A stretch of DNA of 64,000 nt from Eremomyces bilateralis CBS 781.70. Lineage: Eukaryota. The notes beneath the pieces are model-generated. The model had not been told where the DNA came from, did no database searches, and saw nothing but the letters and a program-made list of their open reading frames with translations. The translations under genes were made by a program, and so were the position numbers. This document shows, piece by piece, positions 14,001 through 26,783 of the stretch. Every line of letters starts with the position of its first letter. The first letter of the stretch is position 1. Where the stretch lies: assembly GCA_010015585.1 (NCBI GenBank), contig ML975165.1; one strand, 5' to 3'.

Positions 14001-14669
14001 GCAGCGATCATTCCGAGTCATGACTTGTTGCGATGGCTGGAAACCCACGACGCCCACGAACGAATGAGCGAACAACATCCCGCCATCATCGAGACGGCCC
14101 AGTGGATCCTCGACCATGGCTCGTTCTACATCCGCGAATTATTCTACCGCGCCGTCGGGCAACCGCAGCCGCGAACCAGCCCAAATCCAAATCCGTCGCA
14201 GCGACCCGTTTCGCCCCGATCCCCCACCCCGACTCTCTCCCGCCTCTACACCATCCCCGACCCCGCCGACCTACACCGCCTCATCCGCACCCTCGCGTCC
14301 TTCGCCGACCACGAAGGCCTCCTGTCCATCGTCTACTGGATGGCCGAGCACCACACCGCACTATCCGAAATCACATCCAACTCCGTCGGTGGGCGTCGGC
14401 GCTTTCGCACCCTGCTCGTCGCAATCCGCGTGTGGTTGGAGCGGCCGGCCGTGCAGATGATGGATCATAGGAACGACTATGTGAAGGTGCTGCGGATCTC
14501 TGAGCGGTTTGGTCGTGGTGTTCCGGACGAGGCGGTGTTGATGGCGAGGGAGACGGTGGAGGGTGTGGAGGGGTGGGGGGGTTGGCCGGCGTGGGATGAG
14601 GTGGTGCATTATATCAATCGGTCAGGCGATATAGGGCCGTATCCCAATACACACGATATACGACACTAG
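11084..14669 (+). CDS. Large uncharacterised protein with predicted mitochondrial presequence (intron ~11174-11228)
   Basis: ATG 11084 MLCRGCATALYRSHVAFSRNSRS (Arg/Ser-rich, no acidic residues) splices via GTTAGT..CTAAC..TAG into the frame of the 1130-aa ORF; motifs SWPPWKE, GWDTD.TPT.Q.R, WAARI.ATRTL.EAW. Confidence 0.75.
11651..11831 (+). repeat. Coding tandem repeat, 72-bp unit x ~2.5
   Basis: TAC(T/A)CCGATAGT starts at 11651, 11723 and 11795; encodes TPIVS(Y/H)xVAE..DLESS.E..SY. Confidence 0.9.
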
Positions 14670-15212
14670 ATTATCTACCAGTTCTTCGACGATGTAGGCA
14701 GCACGCCCATTTCGGCATGGCCGTCTCTTTTCAATCTATGATCTACCAGTGACCTTAAGCAGTGTTCCTTCACCGTCGCCTGCAACTCCTTGTTCGTCGT
14801 AATCAAAGTCACCTGCTTAACAATCATGTTGATCATCGACGGTGATCTCCAGACAACTGCTTCCTCACTTGCCCGACACCTCCTTGACGCATATACCTAT
14901 TTCCTACCTCAGTCTACTTCAGCCTCGCTAAACGTTCGATTCACTGGTGATGTTGCCTCTTTGGTCGAGGGCAGATTCTTTACCCAAATAATGTTTGAAT
15001 AACACCACTATTTGCCAATGAACATGAACCGCGTGCCAAACAATACGCCGCTAATATATACAAGAAACCGGTTCGTTAAAAAAGTCGTAGAGAGACAACG
15101 GCATCCTCTCGCTTCTCCTCCTCGACTCGCTCTGCACCCTCTTGATCCATCATCATTAACAATAAACAACCACTCCGAAAACAACGCCCGACTCTCTGTC
15201 CTCCAACCCACC

Positions 15213-18200
15213 TCACCAGCCCGCTCTCCCCCTTCCCTCCTCCCCCCCTTCCACCGCCTCCACCCACAAATCCCCCACCCCAACCCCCACCCCCAACCCC
15301 ACCAACGCCCCAAACCTCCCCCTCGCCGCCCTCCCCACCCTCTCCACCCTCCTCCTCACCAACCACCCCCTCACCACACTCTGCACCCCCACCACATCCC
15401 CCACCAACCGCTCCACCCTCCTCTCCAAACACCCCCTCCAAGCCCTCTGAATCCTCCTCGCGGCGTCGATCACCTCTTCCCGCGCACGCACTACCAGCGC
15501 GCACTCGCGGGCGAGCGTAGCGCACACGACGCGGCGGTGAAGGGCGGAGAGAAGGGAGCGGCGGAGGAGGTGGGTGCGGAGCGCGCGTTGGATGGTGGTG
15601 GCGGCGCGGTGGCGGCGGGCGAGGGGGAGGAGGCGGGAGGAGAGGAAGAGGAGGATTTGGAGGGTGAGGGTGGGGGAGGGGATGATTGGGGCGGTGGGGG
15701 GGGAGAGGAGGCGGAGGAAGGAGGCGGAGATGGCGAGGGGGGCGAGTTTGGTTGGGAGGGGTGTGGAGGAGGTGGAGAGTGATGGTGAGGGGGTGGTAGT
15801 GGGGAGGAAGGCGGAGTATTCGTCGATGATGGCGGAGAAGGCGTGGCTGGAGGCGAAGGAGGTGGTGAGGTTGGTGATGTGGATTCCGTGAAGGTGGCAG
15901 ATGAGCGTCGCCCAGGTGCGGAGCAGAGCCTGCGATTTGGCGACGCTGTTGAGCCGCTCGATGGCAGAGTCGTCTTGGATGTCAAGCGCGGAGAAGTCGG
16001 CAGGGTGGATGCGCTGCTTGGCTCGTTGGATCTCCGCTTGCACTTCCGTCCAGTCGACAAGCAGGTCTTGGCCGTACTCACTCACGAGGGCCCAGAGGAG
16101 GCTGAGCGTCTTCTCGCGATGGCCGTCGACGATATCGCTTGCTGAGATGTCTTGGCTCAGGTGTCCCATGGAACCCGTTGCGTTGGCGGCGGCGCATAAC
16201 GCGATGTCGACGTTGTACATTTTGTGCGTGCGGGACGTGGCAGGGACTTTGAGGTGCTGAGACAGGATCCAGTTGTTGCCAGTTGGATCATCGATGTTGC
16301 TGGTGAGGAGGTCGCCGTCGGGTAAGGTGAACGTAATAGTGGCCTCACCGGCCATCTCCCTCTCGAGGACACGTTTGGATGGGGAATAGAGGAGCGCCTC
16401 AACAAGTCGTGTCAACATCACCCCGTCCCGGAGATCGGTTGCCATATTCTCGACGTGGTAGTCGTACTCTTGAAGAGGACTCTGAATCGTCTGCAGCGAG
16501 TAGTTCAAATGGCCGAGCGTCTTAACGATATCTCCCACGGACGGCAAAAGCAGTCGACCGAGTGCGACCAACACTTCCATAGACGACTTGTGCGTTGAAG
16601 TCTTCTGAAACAAGCACTTGGGAGCCACTTCCGCTCCCTTAGCTTTGTCGAGAATAAGGATCAGCATCAAGCTTCGGAGGACCGTCCTTCGCCACGAGCC
16701 GACGGAGGACCCAGCATCTTCCGCATCTCTCCCAAGCGACCGCGCAATTCCACCAATGGTCCCAGCACTGCTCTTCGCTTTCGGTGCGTCTTCGTTGTGG
16801 ATAAAGAACGCATTAAAGAACGCCCCGAGGAGCTTCCTCTGTCGCCTACCAGCACGCTCAGGAGATAGCGACGCCTGCGGTGGTGTCCCTGACAAGCGCG
16901 CATCTTGCGGTATCTCCCTTCCCACGATCGCCTCTAATGCCGGCTTGAGCAATTCATGGTCATAGGAGTCGATCCAGAGCGTGAGAAACTTCTTCTGCAT
17001 GCCGATGTCCTCTTTCAACCGGACTTCGCGGGTGATGGTATCTTTGGGGATACAGAGTGCTCCATAGCGTAAGGAGGCTTGGATCCGCTTGTACGCGATG
17101 GACAAGTCGTGCGATTGATAGATGTCCAGTAAACGGCGTCGCATAGTACTGTGTTTCTCAATATCGAGATAAGATTTCGGCTCCAGTGATTTGAAGATCC
17201 CATTTAGGAGCTGCGTTAGAGATGTCTCTTGTTGGGCCAGCCAGTGCTCCTCATACAGCTCGGGTCGATTGAGGTCGTCCGTGATAACTGGGAATTGTTG
17301 CGCCTGCTGGCTCGCTTTGTGGACCGAGGACGCTTTGGCAGACTTTTTAGGCACTCCGCCGTTTGATGCTAGACGCGGAGAGGTGTTTGGGCTATTTTTA
17401 CGATTATTTGTCGCAACAGGGGATTGCCTCTTGACGGTGGCTGCGCGATCCAAAAGTCGTTCGATGACAGGCTTCGGACGCGTTGCGATAGGGTTCTGAT
17501 TCGAGGTCGGTTTCGGTTTCGGTTGCGAATCGCGTGGAGGAGTGTCCAATGCCGGGAAGAATTTCTCGATAGGTGTATCCAGCGGACTCTGAGGGTGTGT
17601 CCGACCTGCGTTGAGTTGCTTTCTTTCAAGATTTGCACCGGTCGTATGCAGCGGCTTCCTAACTTTTTTGTGCTCCAATTCCATTTGCTTTGTAGACACT
17701 CGCCCCGGCGGTACATTTTCTTTCCCATCTCCCATCCCCTCGACGTCTTCATATATGGTTGGGGCCTGCAGTTGGCGCTTGGTCGCACAAAGTGGGATCC
17801 TCCTCGGTGCCGCAGCCAGTGACTTGCGCGAACCCCGAGACGACTTCACCTCGGTGCTCTCCATCTTCGCGGGCTCTTCTTCTGCCAACGTGAGAAGCCC
17901 AAGTCCGAGATCCGCCGATGACGGTCTCGTGTTCGAATATGCGCGAGACGGGGCGCCGGGGTGGATTGTCATGATGGTGGTGTCTTCCGAAGGGACGTAT
18001 ATGGTTCGCCTGCGCGGGGCTTTCTTGAGCGGAATATGGTTTCGAAGGGACGGTTGTGCCTTCGGATCCGCCATCTCGTCTTGCTCCAAGTGGTCTGGCA
18101 GCAGAGTCGGCCTTCGTTGACGTGATGAGTTGGCAGCGGGAATGACGGGCAGCGGACCTAGCCGTGAAGTTCCGGGGATTTTCTGAGCTGGCTGGGCTAA

Positions 18201-18524
18201 AATTGAAGTTCTTCGTCCTCCACGATTTTTGGGGATGAGTGAAGTGCGTCGGGCATGGCTGTTGCCTGTGGGGAGCTCAAGATGTCGTTGCCGGGGATCG
18301 TCATTCACCTCTTGAGGACCCGCATTAACAAGAATGCTTTTCCGCACTCCTGGAGGTGGTCTGCGTGGTTTTGCTTTGTGAAACTGTTCTCGGACCTCTT
18401 TGGTGAACTCAACATTTCCCGTTGTTGATTCTTCGTGAATATAGGCCGTGATTGAACCACCGTCCTCCGCCGAACCGGGTGGAGAAGGCGGCGGACATGG
18501 TGTCGCATGGGAAACTCGTCGCAT
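15213..18524 (-). CDS. ASPM/Asp-like calmodulin-binding protein (CH domain + IQ motifs; Sha1-type)
   Basis: DLRDGVMLTRLVE and DIVDGHREKTLSLLWALV are ASPM-family CH motifs; IQ motifs AATTIQRALR and AARRIQRAWR. Confidence 0.85.
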   Translation of the reverse strand: MRRVSHATPCPPPSPPGSAEDGGSITAYIHEESTTGNVEFTKEVREQFHKAKPRRPPPGVRKSILVNAGPQEVNDDPRQRHLELPTGNSHARRTSLIPKNRGGRRTSILAQPAQKIPGTSRLGPLPVIPAANSSRQRRPTLLPDHLEQDEMADPKAQPSLRNHIPLKKAPRRRTIYVPSEDTTIMTIHPGAPSRAYSNTRPSSADLGLGLLTLAEEEPAKMESTEVKSSRGSRKSLAAAPRRIPLCATKRQLQAPTIYEDVEGMGDGKENVPPGRVSTKQMELEHKKVRKPLHTTGANLERKQLNAGRTHPQSPLDTPIEKFFPALDTPPRDSQPKPKPTSNQNPIATRPKPVIERLLDRAATVKRQSPVATNNRKNSPNTSPRLASNGGVPKKSAKASSVHKASQQAQQFPVITDDLNRPELYEEHWLAQQETSLTQLLNGIFKSLEPKSYLDIEKHSTMRRRLLDIYQSHDLSIAYKRIQASLRYGALCIPKDTITREVRLKEDIGMQKKFLTLWIDSYDHELLKPALEAIVGREIPQDARLSGTPPQASLSPERAGRRQRKLLGAFFNAFFIHNEDAPKAKSSAGTIGGIARSLGRDAEDAGSSVGSWRRTVLRSLMLILILDKAKGAEVAPKCLFQKTSTHKSSMEVLVALGRLLLPSVGDIVKTLGHLNYSLQTIQSPLQEYDYHVENMATDLRDGVMLTRLVEALLYSPSKRVLEREMAGEATITFTLPDGDLLTSNIDDPTGNNWILSQHLKVPATSRTHKMYNVDIALCAAANATGSMGHLSQDISASDIVDGHREKTLSLLWALVSEYGQDLLVDWTEVQAEIQRAKQRIHPADFSALDIQDDSAIERLNSVAKSQALLRTWATLICHLHGIHITNLTTSFASSHAFSAIIDEYSAFLPTTTPSPSLSTSSTPLPTKLAPLAISASFLRLLSPPTAPIIPSPTLTLQILLFLSSRLLPLARRHRAATTIQRALRTHLLRRSLLSALHRRVVCATLARECALVVRAREEVIDAARRIQRAWRGCLERRVERLVGDVVGVQSVVRGWLVRRRVERVGRAARGRFGALVGLGVGVGVGDLWVEAVEGGEEGRGRAGW

Positions 18525-19404
18525 AATTCAACACTCTTTAATTCAACAAATAAAATATGCCCATAATGAGTCTTCCGATGTATATACTGCATGGTACCTA
18601 TCTCACAAGATGAATGATGGTGATCTTGTCCACCATCGTCGTCAGTGCACAGGTATCATGGCATTGTTTACTTTCTGCCTGGTTTCAAAGGGCAACCACA
18701 GACTTTATGCCTTTCGGCCTTACAGCCCAGCCGAGCTGTTGCATCGCTAATTACAGAAACGCCACAAATCATCCCTTTGTGCCTTGTCGCCTGAGGTATC
18801 TACTGTACCAGTACGCTAGCCAAATTTTGTCCTTCATTAATGAAGGGATAGCTGAGATTCTTCTCACCACAGGGAGAGCAAACAAAAGGAAGGAATAGCA
18901 GTAGTAATCTATTATTTATACAGTACAACAGGGGCCTGTAATTCAGTGAACATATCTGGTTGAATTCAAGGGGTAACTGAATTTACCAGTGATCTCTCTG
19001 CCAACAGGAAATTCCCTGCCTCCGTGGATTTGCCTGAGGCCTTAAGCGGTTCATCCTTGCTCCTCTAACAATCTTTCACGTCAAATGTCAAATGCCCATC
19101 ACTAACAAAACCATGACACCCCCACCAAAAATTTCCCTGGCTTAACTAAACATCTATCGTTCCCGACTTCTTCCTCACTGTCTTGTCCGCACTATTTAGA
19201 CACTGTGACAGACGCTACCGGTCTTGTTGCTTGTGTCGGAGACCCATAGACACCTACCCCTCCTGATATCCCACCACCAACGCCCCGGAATCCAAAACTC
19301 GCCCCAGCCCTCTGTCCGGGTTGATCGCAGCCACACGCCCTCTGCGCTGCGTACACTTTCATGACCAGAGACATATAAGATTCTGGGCGTATCTCTAGGC
19401 CATA

Positions 19405-22400
19405 ATGTCTCTACTCCCTCCAGAAGTGCAAGCGGCTCTCGCTCAGCTGCTTGTGGCGCTGCAATCCCCCGACAATGTCCTCCGAACCGAAGCGGAGAAG
19501 CAACTGAACGACGACTGGGCGGCTCAGAGGCCGGAAGTGCTTCTGATGGGCCTGGTCGAGCAGAGTGCCGAAGCAGGCGATTATCCAGTGAGCAGATCTT
19601 CTGTGACAACCGGCACGACATACATACGAATTGGGGACTAATATGCCATTGCGCTTTAGGTGAGAACCTTTGCTGCGGTCCTGTTCCGACGGATCGCGAC
19701 ACGGACGAAGAAAGATGAGAGCGGTAATTTCAAGGAGACGTTTATTTTACTGTCTCCGGCCCATCGACAGGCGATCAAGGCCAAGATGCTGGAAGGGCTC
19801 CGGTTGGCAGAGAACAGAGAACTCCGGAACAAAATCGGCGATGCCGTGGCCGAAGTGGCTCGCATGTACTCCGACGAAGGTAAAACGCCCTGCTTGCAAA
19901 TCTCTGTCGCTATTGGTGGTCGCTAATTTTGGTGGACAGGCGAAGTATGGGCAGAACTACTTGAGGCCTTGTTCCAAGCCAGCCAGTCGCCGAACCCAGA
20001 GGTCCGCGAAATTGCTTTCCGGGTGTTCTCCATGACACCGCAGATTATCGAGAAGCAACATGAAGAAGTTGTCCTAGAGTCATTTACAACGGGGTTCAGG
20101 GATCAAGATGTTGGGGTAAGTTGGCATCGGATACCATGGAGTGCGTGTCGTCTAACAGACCAAGGTCCGGCTATCCGCCATCGACGCCTTCTCAGGATTC
20201 TTCCGATCAATCAACAGGAAGAGCCAACAAAAATATTATTCCCTCATTCCCGAAATCCTCAATATCCTCCCTCCTCTCCAAAATAATGAACACTCCGACC
20301 AGCTGTCGAGAGGCCTCCTGTCCTTGATTGAACTCGCCGAAACCGCTCCGAAGATGTTCAAGCCTTTGTTCAGCAACCTTGTCACGTTTGCTGTGTCCGT
20401 CATTCAGGAGACGGACTTGGATGATTCAGCCCGACAAAATGCCTTGGAGCTCATGGCTACCTTTGCCGATAATGCGCCGCAGATGTGCAAGAAGGACCCG
20501 AACTACACCTCGGAGATGGTCACGCAGTGCTTGTCTCTTATGACCGATGTTGGACAGGATGATGACGACGCCGAGGAGTGGAACGCTTGTGAAGACCTTG
20601 AAGCGGACGACAACGACCTGAACCACGTTGCTGGAGAACAGACCATGGATCGGCTCGCAAACCGGCTCGGTGGCGCAGCGCTTCTTCCACCGACATTCAA
20701 CTGGCTTCCACGAATGATGAACTCCGCCGCGTGGAAAGATCGACATGCCGCCCTAATGGCGATTTCGGCCATCTCAGAAGGATGCCGGGATCTGATGATC
20801 GGCGAATTGGATAAGGTCCTCAACCTCGTGGTTCCCGCTCTCGAAGACGCGCACCCTCGCGTGCGGTGGGCAGGATGCAATGCGTTGGGCCAAATGAGCA
20901 CCGATTTCGCCGGGACGATGCAGGAGCAATACCACCGAGTCGTGCTTCCCAGCATTATCCCCGTCCTCGAAGCCCCGGAGCCACGCGTGCAAGCGCACGC
21001 TGCGGCTGCGTTGGTCAACTTCTGCGAGGAGGCGGAGAAGTCGGTCCTCGAGCCCTACCTCGACAATCTCCTTAGCCATCTGTTGCAGCTCTTGCAAAGC
21101 CCGAAACGCTTTGTCCAGGAACAGGCGCTCTCCACCATTGCCACGGTCGCGGATTCCGCGGAACAGGCCTTTGGACGATATTATGATACCCTAATGCCGC
21201 TATTGTTCAACGTGCTAAAGAACGAGCAGGACAAGGAATATCGCCTACTAAGAGCGAAAGCCATGGAGTGCGCAACCCTGATCGCATTGGCGGTTGGAAA
21301 GGAGCGCATGGGACAGGACGCGGTAGCTTTGGTCAACCTCTTGGGAGCCATTCAGCAAAACGTCACCGAGCCCGACGATCCTCAAGCGTCGTATCTGCTT
21401 CACTGCTGGGGCAGGATGTGCCGTGTTCTTGGGGCGGACTTCCTTCCATACATGGGCGCTGTGATGCCACCTTTGGTTGAACTGGCCAGTGCCAAGGCGG
21501 ATATTCAACTCCTCGAGGATGAGGACAAGGTCGCGACCGTCGAGCAGGACGACAACTGGGAGATCATCCCCCTCAAAGGCAAATTCATCGGCATCAAAAC
21601 CAGCACTCTCGACGATAAGTACATGGCTATCGAGCTGATCGTCATCTACGCTCAAGTCCTCGAAGCGGCGTTCGAGCCGTACGTGAAGGACATCATGGAC
21701 AAGATCGCCCTTCCCGGCCTGTCTTTCTTCTTCCACGACCCCGTCCGCACCGCCGCCGCCAAATGCGTCCCGGCCCTCCTCAACTCGTACAAGAAGGCCC
21801 ACGGCGGCGAATCCTCGTTGCTCATCGAGCTGTGGGAACCGACGATCCAAAAGATCCTCGAAGTCGTCGCCACAGAACCCACCATCGAATCCCTCGCCAA
21901 CATGTACGAATGCTTCTACGAATCCGTCGAGATCCTCGGCCGCGGATGCCTCACCGACGCGCACATGGGCGAGTTCGTCAAGAATGTGCAAGGCGTGCTG
22001 GAGGAGTTCGCCGAGCGTGTGCAGGGACGCCTTGAAGAAGCGCAGGAGCGTGAAGAAGGCGACGAGGAGTCGGAGGAATTCCTCGCTGCCGTCGAGGACG
22101 ACCAGACGCTGCTGTCCGACATGAACAAGGCGTTCCACACTATCTTCAAGAACATGAGCACCGCGTTCCTCCCGCACTGGGAGCGCCTCCTCTCCTTCTA
22201 CGAGGCCTTCGTCCGCAACCCCGACCCCACCCAGCGCCAATGGGCCATCTGCATCTTCGACGACGTCCTCGAGTTCTGCGGGCCCCAGTCCTTCGCTTAC
22301 AGCCGCCTCATCATGGAGCCGCTCGTCAACGGCGTGCAGGACGAGTTCCCCGCGAACCGCCAGGCCGCTGCGTACGGCGTCGGCGTTGCCGCGCAGAAGG

Positions 22401-22939
22401 GCGGCCCGCAGTGGGCGGAGTTCGTGGCGGGTGCGATGCCGCTACTGTTCGGGGTGGTGCAGCGGGCAGACGCACGCGGCGAGGATGAGGTGTATGCGAC
22501 GGAGAACGCGTCGGCGGCGATCGCGAAGATCTTGCATTTCAATGGGTCGAAGGTCACGAATGCGGAGGAGGTGGCGGCGCGATGGATCGATACGTTGCCG
22601 ATTGTGAACGACGAGGAAGCGGCGCCGTACGGATATGGATTCCTAGCTGAGTTAATTGACAGGTTCGTCTTCCCTTCCCTTCTCGTCTATCATCACCCCC
22701 TACAAACCCCATACTAACCTCCCCCCTCTAGACAAACCCCTGCCGTCTACACCCAAGCCCCCAAATGCTTCACCTTCATCACGCAAGCCCTCGAAGCCGA
22801 AACCCTCCAAGGTGCCACCGCGGTGCGCGTCGTCGCCGCCGCCAAGAAGCTCGTCGCCGCCACCGGCATGGACGCCAACGCGGCGCTGAGCACCATGTCC
22901 GAAGAGACGCAAGCCACGGTTCGCGCGATGTTTGCGTAG
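19405..22939 (+). CDS. PSE1: Importin beta-3 / karyopherin Kap121 (IPO5 family), multi-exon
   Basis: SPDNVLRTEAEKQL, DRHAALMAISAISEGC, HPRVRWAGCNALGQMSTDF, LRAKAMECATLI; final exon ends with TAG at 22939. Confidence 0.95.
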
Positions 22940-23699
22940 ACGAGAGCTAACGGTGGGTATAGGTCGGATGCGGCGGTGGAGAAGCGTGTCAGTTATGTGG
23001 ATTATGGGGATGATGCGAGGGGGAGGTTGGGGGCGAAAAAGATGTTTCTGTGGGGGGGGGAGGAGCCAGGGGATGATGGGTGGTAGGGGGTGGGGGTGTT
23101 GGAAGCGTCGGAGGCGATTGTGGGTTGGTTCTATGTCGTGAACGATTGGTCTAGCGCTTAGGCAGTTGGTGGTCGAGGACCGACGCATGCTTCGCTCTTC
23201 TCGAGGGAGTCAGTAGACGCGCTTGGAAGCTGGAGAAGGAATTCGATAGCAATGAAGCCTCGAGGTATGGATGTTTAGATAGCATTTTTTCTACTCTCGC
23301 CGCGGACGGGAGATACCAGGCATGAGGAAGGGAGAATTAGATCTCAATGAAGCGGTCATCATTTTCGCGGTGTCGCAACTTCTGCGATGTGTTGTGGATT
23401 GGTTAGTGTTATCCCCGATGCTCTCAAGTCCTCAAACACCTTATATGGCTGGCAATGAACATGCTGAGGATCGAAATTTTCATCGCAAACACAGTCGAGG
23501 AAAGTCTATGCTTAATTTTTGTTCCATACCCTGTCCTCTAGACCATCAAAATGCGATTCTCAAAACCCCAACGCCATCGCCATGCTCAATCCTGATATCT
23601 ATCTGTTATAACCCAATCCAAACTGTTCCCAACAACAACCCCATCCTCCTATATATATCCCGTCCCTCCTTCACCTTCCATTCCCCCTCCCCCTCCCCA

Positions 23700-25344
23700 T
23701 CACCTCTTCTTCCTCCCCCCCTTCCCCCCACCCGGCTTCAGCGCCGCATGACCTAAATCCTTGATATGCTGAAACATCTGCGTCTTCGAAGGAAACGCTG
23801 CGTTGCAGACCGCGCACTGGAACTTCAGTTCCTCGGCGTCGGTGGTGGCAGCTGCGGCGGCGCGTTTGGCGCGCTTTTGGGCGGCTTTACCGAGTTTGGG
23901 GGTAGGGAGGGGTTTAGGGATGGGGTTGAGGGAGGGGTTGATGGAGGGGTCAAGAGAGGTGATTGATGAGTCGGAGCGGTCGCGGAGGTCGGTTTCGGAG
24001 GAGGAGGAGTCTTCGTCGGTATCGGAGGCGGGAGCGGGGGGCGGTTTTGTGTCGATGTCGAGGGAATCCATGGCTTCGTCGATATCTTTATGCTCGAGTT
24101 CCTTCTCTGAGAGGTCTACATCTTCCTCCTGTGCATCCACCTCCGCCAGCCCATCCCCACCCCCCTCCTCCCTCTCCTCCTCCATCGGCGTAAACGTCCT
24201 CTTCCCTACCCCATCCAACCCCAAATCCAACCCCTCCGCCCTCATCTTCCTCCTCAACGCCTGGACTGCCTTCAAATGTTTCTTACTCTTCTCATGCGCT
24301 TCCACCTGCCGCTCGCTCTTAAACCGCTTCTTACACACCACACACTCAAACTCCTCCTCCTCTTCCGTCCCTTCCTCGCTCTCCTCCGCCTCGTCCCTCT
24401 CACGCGCCCGCGCCCACTCCGGCACTGCCTCCCCCCCAGCCCGGATCTTCGCCTCGTGCGCCGCCTTCGACCGCCTCGCCTGCGCCGCTGCCGCCGCCCG
24501 CAGTGCCGCTTGCCGCTCCTCCTCTGTTTGCGCGTTCGGCCGATACCGTGGGTCGCGCCGCTTCACGAACGCCACGAGCGTGCGCACCGCATCGTTGAAC
24601 TCCCAGCTCGCCTCGTCACGGAGGCGCTTATTTTCTTTCTCCATCGCGCGCCGGTACCGTCGGTCGGGCGCTTCCGATAGGCGGTATTTGTCGCGCCAGG
24701 CGAACGACTTGGCGGTCGAGAAGCCGCTCCAGATAGCGTAGAAGGGGCGGACGATGTCGTCGTAGTCGTCCTCGCGGTGGCCGAAGGGAGGGTATTCGGG
24801 GATCTCGACGTCCCCGGTTTGCGTGGCGGCGACGTCCTCTTCGGTGGCAAGCTTCTCGAAGAAGTCGCGCAGGAACCCGTAGAAGCCGGAGGGGGCGTCG
24901 GAGAAGTCGACGCCGCGGTTGAACTTCCGGGTGGTCATGAGGATCTCCTCGGCGGTGGTGAAGCGGACGTCCTGCTCGAAGTGGACGTCCTCGTGGGCGC
25001 CGCCATCGCCGCCGCCGAGGATGTTGCTCTCGTGGGAATCGTACCAGGCGCGCTCGTGCGGATCGGAGAGGACTTCGTAGGCGGATTGGACTTCGGCAAA
25101 GCGTTTGTTGGCGGCTTCTTCGTCGTGGCGGTTTTTGTCGGGGTGGAGTTCGAGGGCTTTGCGGCGGTAGGCTTTTTTGATTCTGAGGTGGGTTAATGTA
25201 TGGCTTCGGTGGGGGGCGAGAAGTGAGAGCGTACTCATCGTCTGTCGCTACCCGCTCTACGCCTAGCAGCTCGTAATAACTCGTCTTCACCTCTACATCG
25301 ACCGCAGCGGCGGCGTCGCTCTGCGATGACTGCCCGGCACCCAT
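23700..25344 (-). CDS. JJJ1: J-domain protein with C2H2 zinc fingers (Jjj1/DNAJC21)
   Basis: [25 protein letters not shown]-domain, [21 protein letters not shown], zinc fingers [11 protein letters not shown] and CAVC..H. Confidence 0.92.
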
Positions 25345-26222
25345 GGTTGCGGTGCTCGAAGGACTTCAACGTGTCTACCGCGAGTGGAAAGGCCAAGATC
25401 TCATATGTGATGGATTATAATGACATAGTACACCCAACCTAGCAGAGTCTCACCGCATATCAGGGAGTTGGTGCAAGTTTAGTTGTTGAGGAAATGTCTA
25501 GGAAATCGCCGTGGGGAGGTGACTTTCGGTTCCCAGAAGAGCTAATGGTAGATCTATATTGCCATCATTCGGTATCCCTACCGATTTACAACCTGATATT
25601 CTTATCTTTAGTTGTTCAACTTCAACACTATCGTCATTTCTCCAGTGCTGATAATAATAATTCTGTTGTTCAAGATGCGGTTCACTCTCTTGTATCAGAG
25701 CTGTATAAAGTATTCATTACGGTATTTCTCCTCAGCATGTGATTGGCCAGCACGATTGTCAGCGTTGGGTACATCAGGCGGAGAGACCACGACGTATTTG
25801 ATACAGACCAGCGAAATTGCCTTCCGGTTTTTGGAGCTTCACTGCTTAGTGCTCCTAGATCTAATCCTTTGGCCTGCGACAACTTTGTATCCGAGATAGT
25901 GTATACAGTACATGAAATCAAGGTCTTCGCTCAGAGCTTCCTCCATCTATCTAGGACGTTTGTCCGAGTGTCAAGTGTGATAGTAGACACTCACCCTTGC
26001 TAACATGGCGTCATTTACGGATAGACGCGTTAGGGAGCAATTCGGTGCTTCATGCGGTTAGCCAGCCGTACATGCCGTCGTTAGAGTTAACAACATTTCC
26101 GCGGGGTCCAGATACGTTTCTATCTCGCGCAGAGGTAGCAAAGAACAGCCTCTACTTGCATCTTAGGTCGTGGTTACAGTAAGCTGATCGATCGCATCAT
26201 AATGACCCTGGATGTTATATTG

Positions 26223-26570
26223 TTCCTGGTTACTACGCGTAGGAAGATAGAGCCAGCACATTACCCCTGCGGTTGTTACTATGTACTGCATCATTTCTTA
26301 TTATACATGCTATGGAAGAGGAGGACTTGGCCTGCGTCTCCGAAAATTGTTACAGAAAGACTTGGAATCACCTCACACTCACTATGGACGCCATGTGATT
26401 CCTAGTTACTATGCGTGGGAAGATGAGTAGATCACTCCGGCGTTCGTTACAACCGAATACTTTTATATCGTGGCCATCGATGCCATGGAAGAGGAGGACT
26501 TGGCCTGCATCTCCGAAAATGATTACTGGGACCCTATCAATCACCTCATTCTTACTAGAGAAGAGATGGG
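26223..26570. repeat. Degenerate tandem duplication, ~175-bp unit x2
   Basis: ATGGAAGAGGAGGACTTGGCCTGC(G/A)TCTCCGAAAAT at 26312 and 26485; TTCCT(G/A)GTTACTA(C/T)GCGT(A/G)GGAAGAT at 26223 and 26399. Confidence 0.85.
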
Positions 26571-26783
26571 CTTTGACCTGCATCTCCAATGCTGAAAGCG
26601 TATCAAGCACATCATACTCATTATGGATGTCATGCTATTTGATTCTTACATCCGTTGCTACATCAGTCGTTATTGGGACTAGACTGTACATCTCGAGAAG
26701 TATATTTGACCTTTCTTGCCCCCCGGTCCATCTACTGAGAAGAATTGGAACGAACCTCCTATTCCTACCTGCCCTACAACGCC

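Noticed and set aside
15012..16260. Pro/His/Gly-rich ORFs overlapping the ASPM-like gene
   Set aside because: Shadow frames caused by the C-rich/G-rich composition; no motifs.
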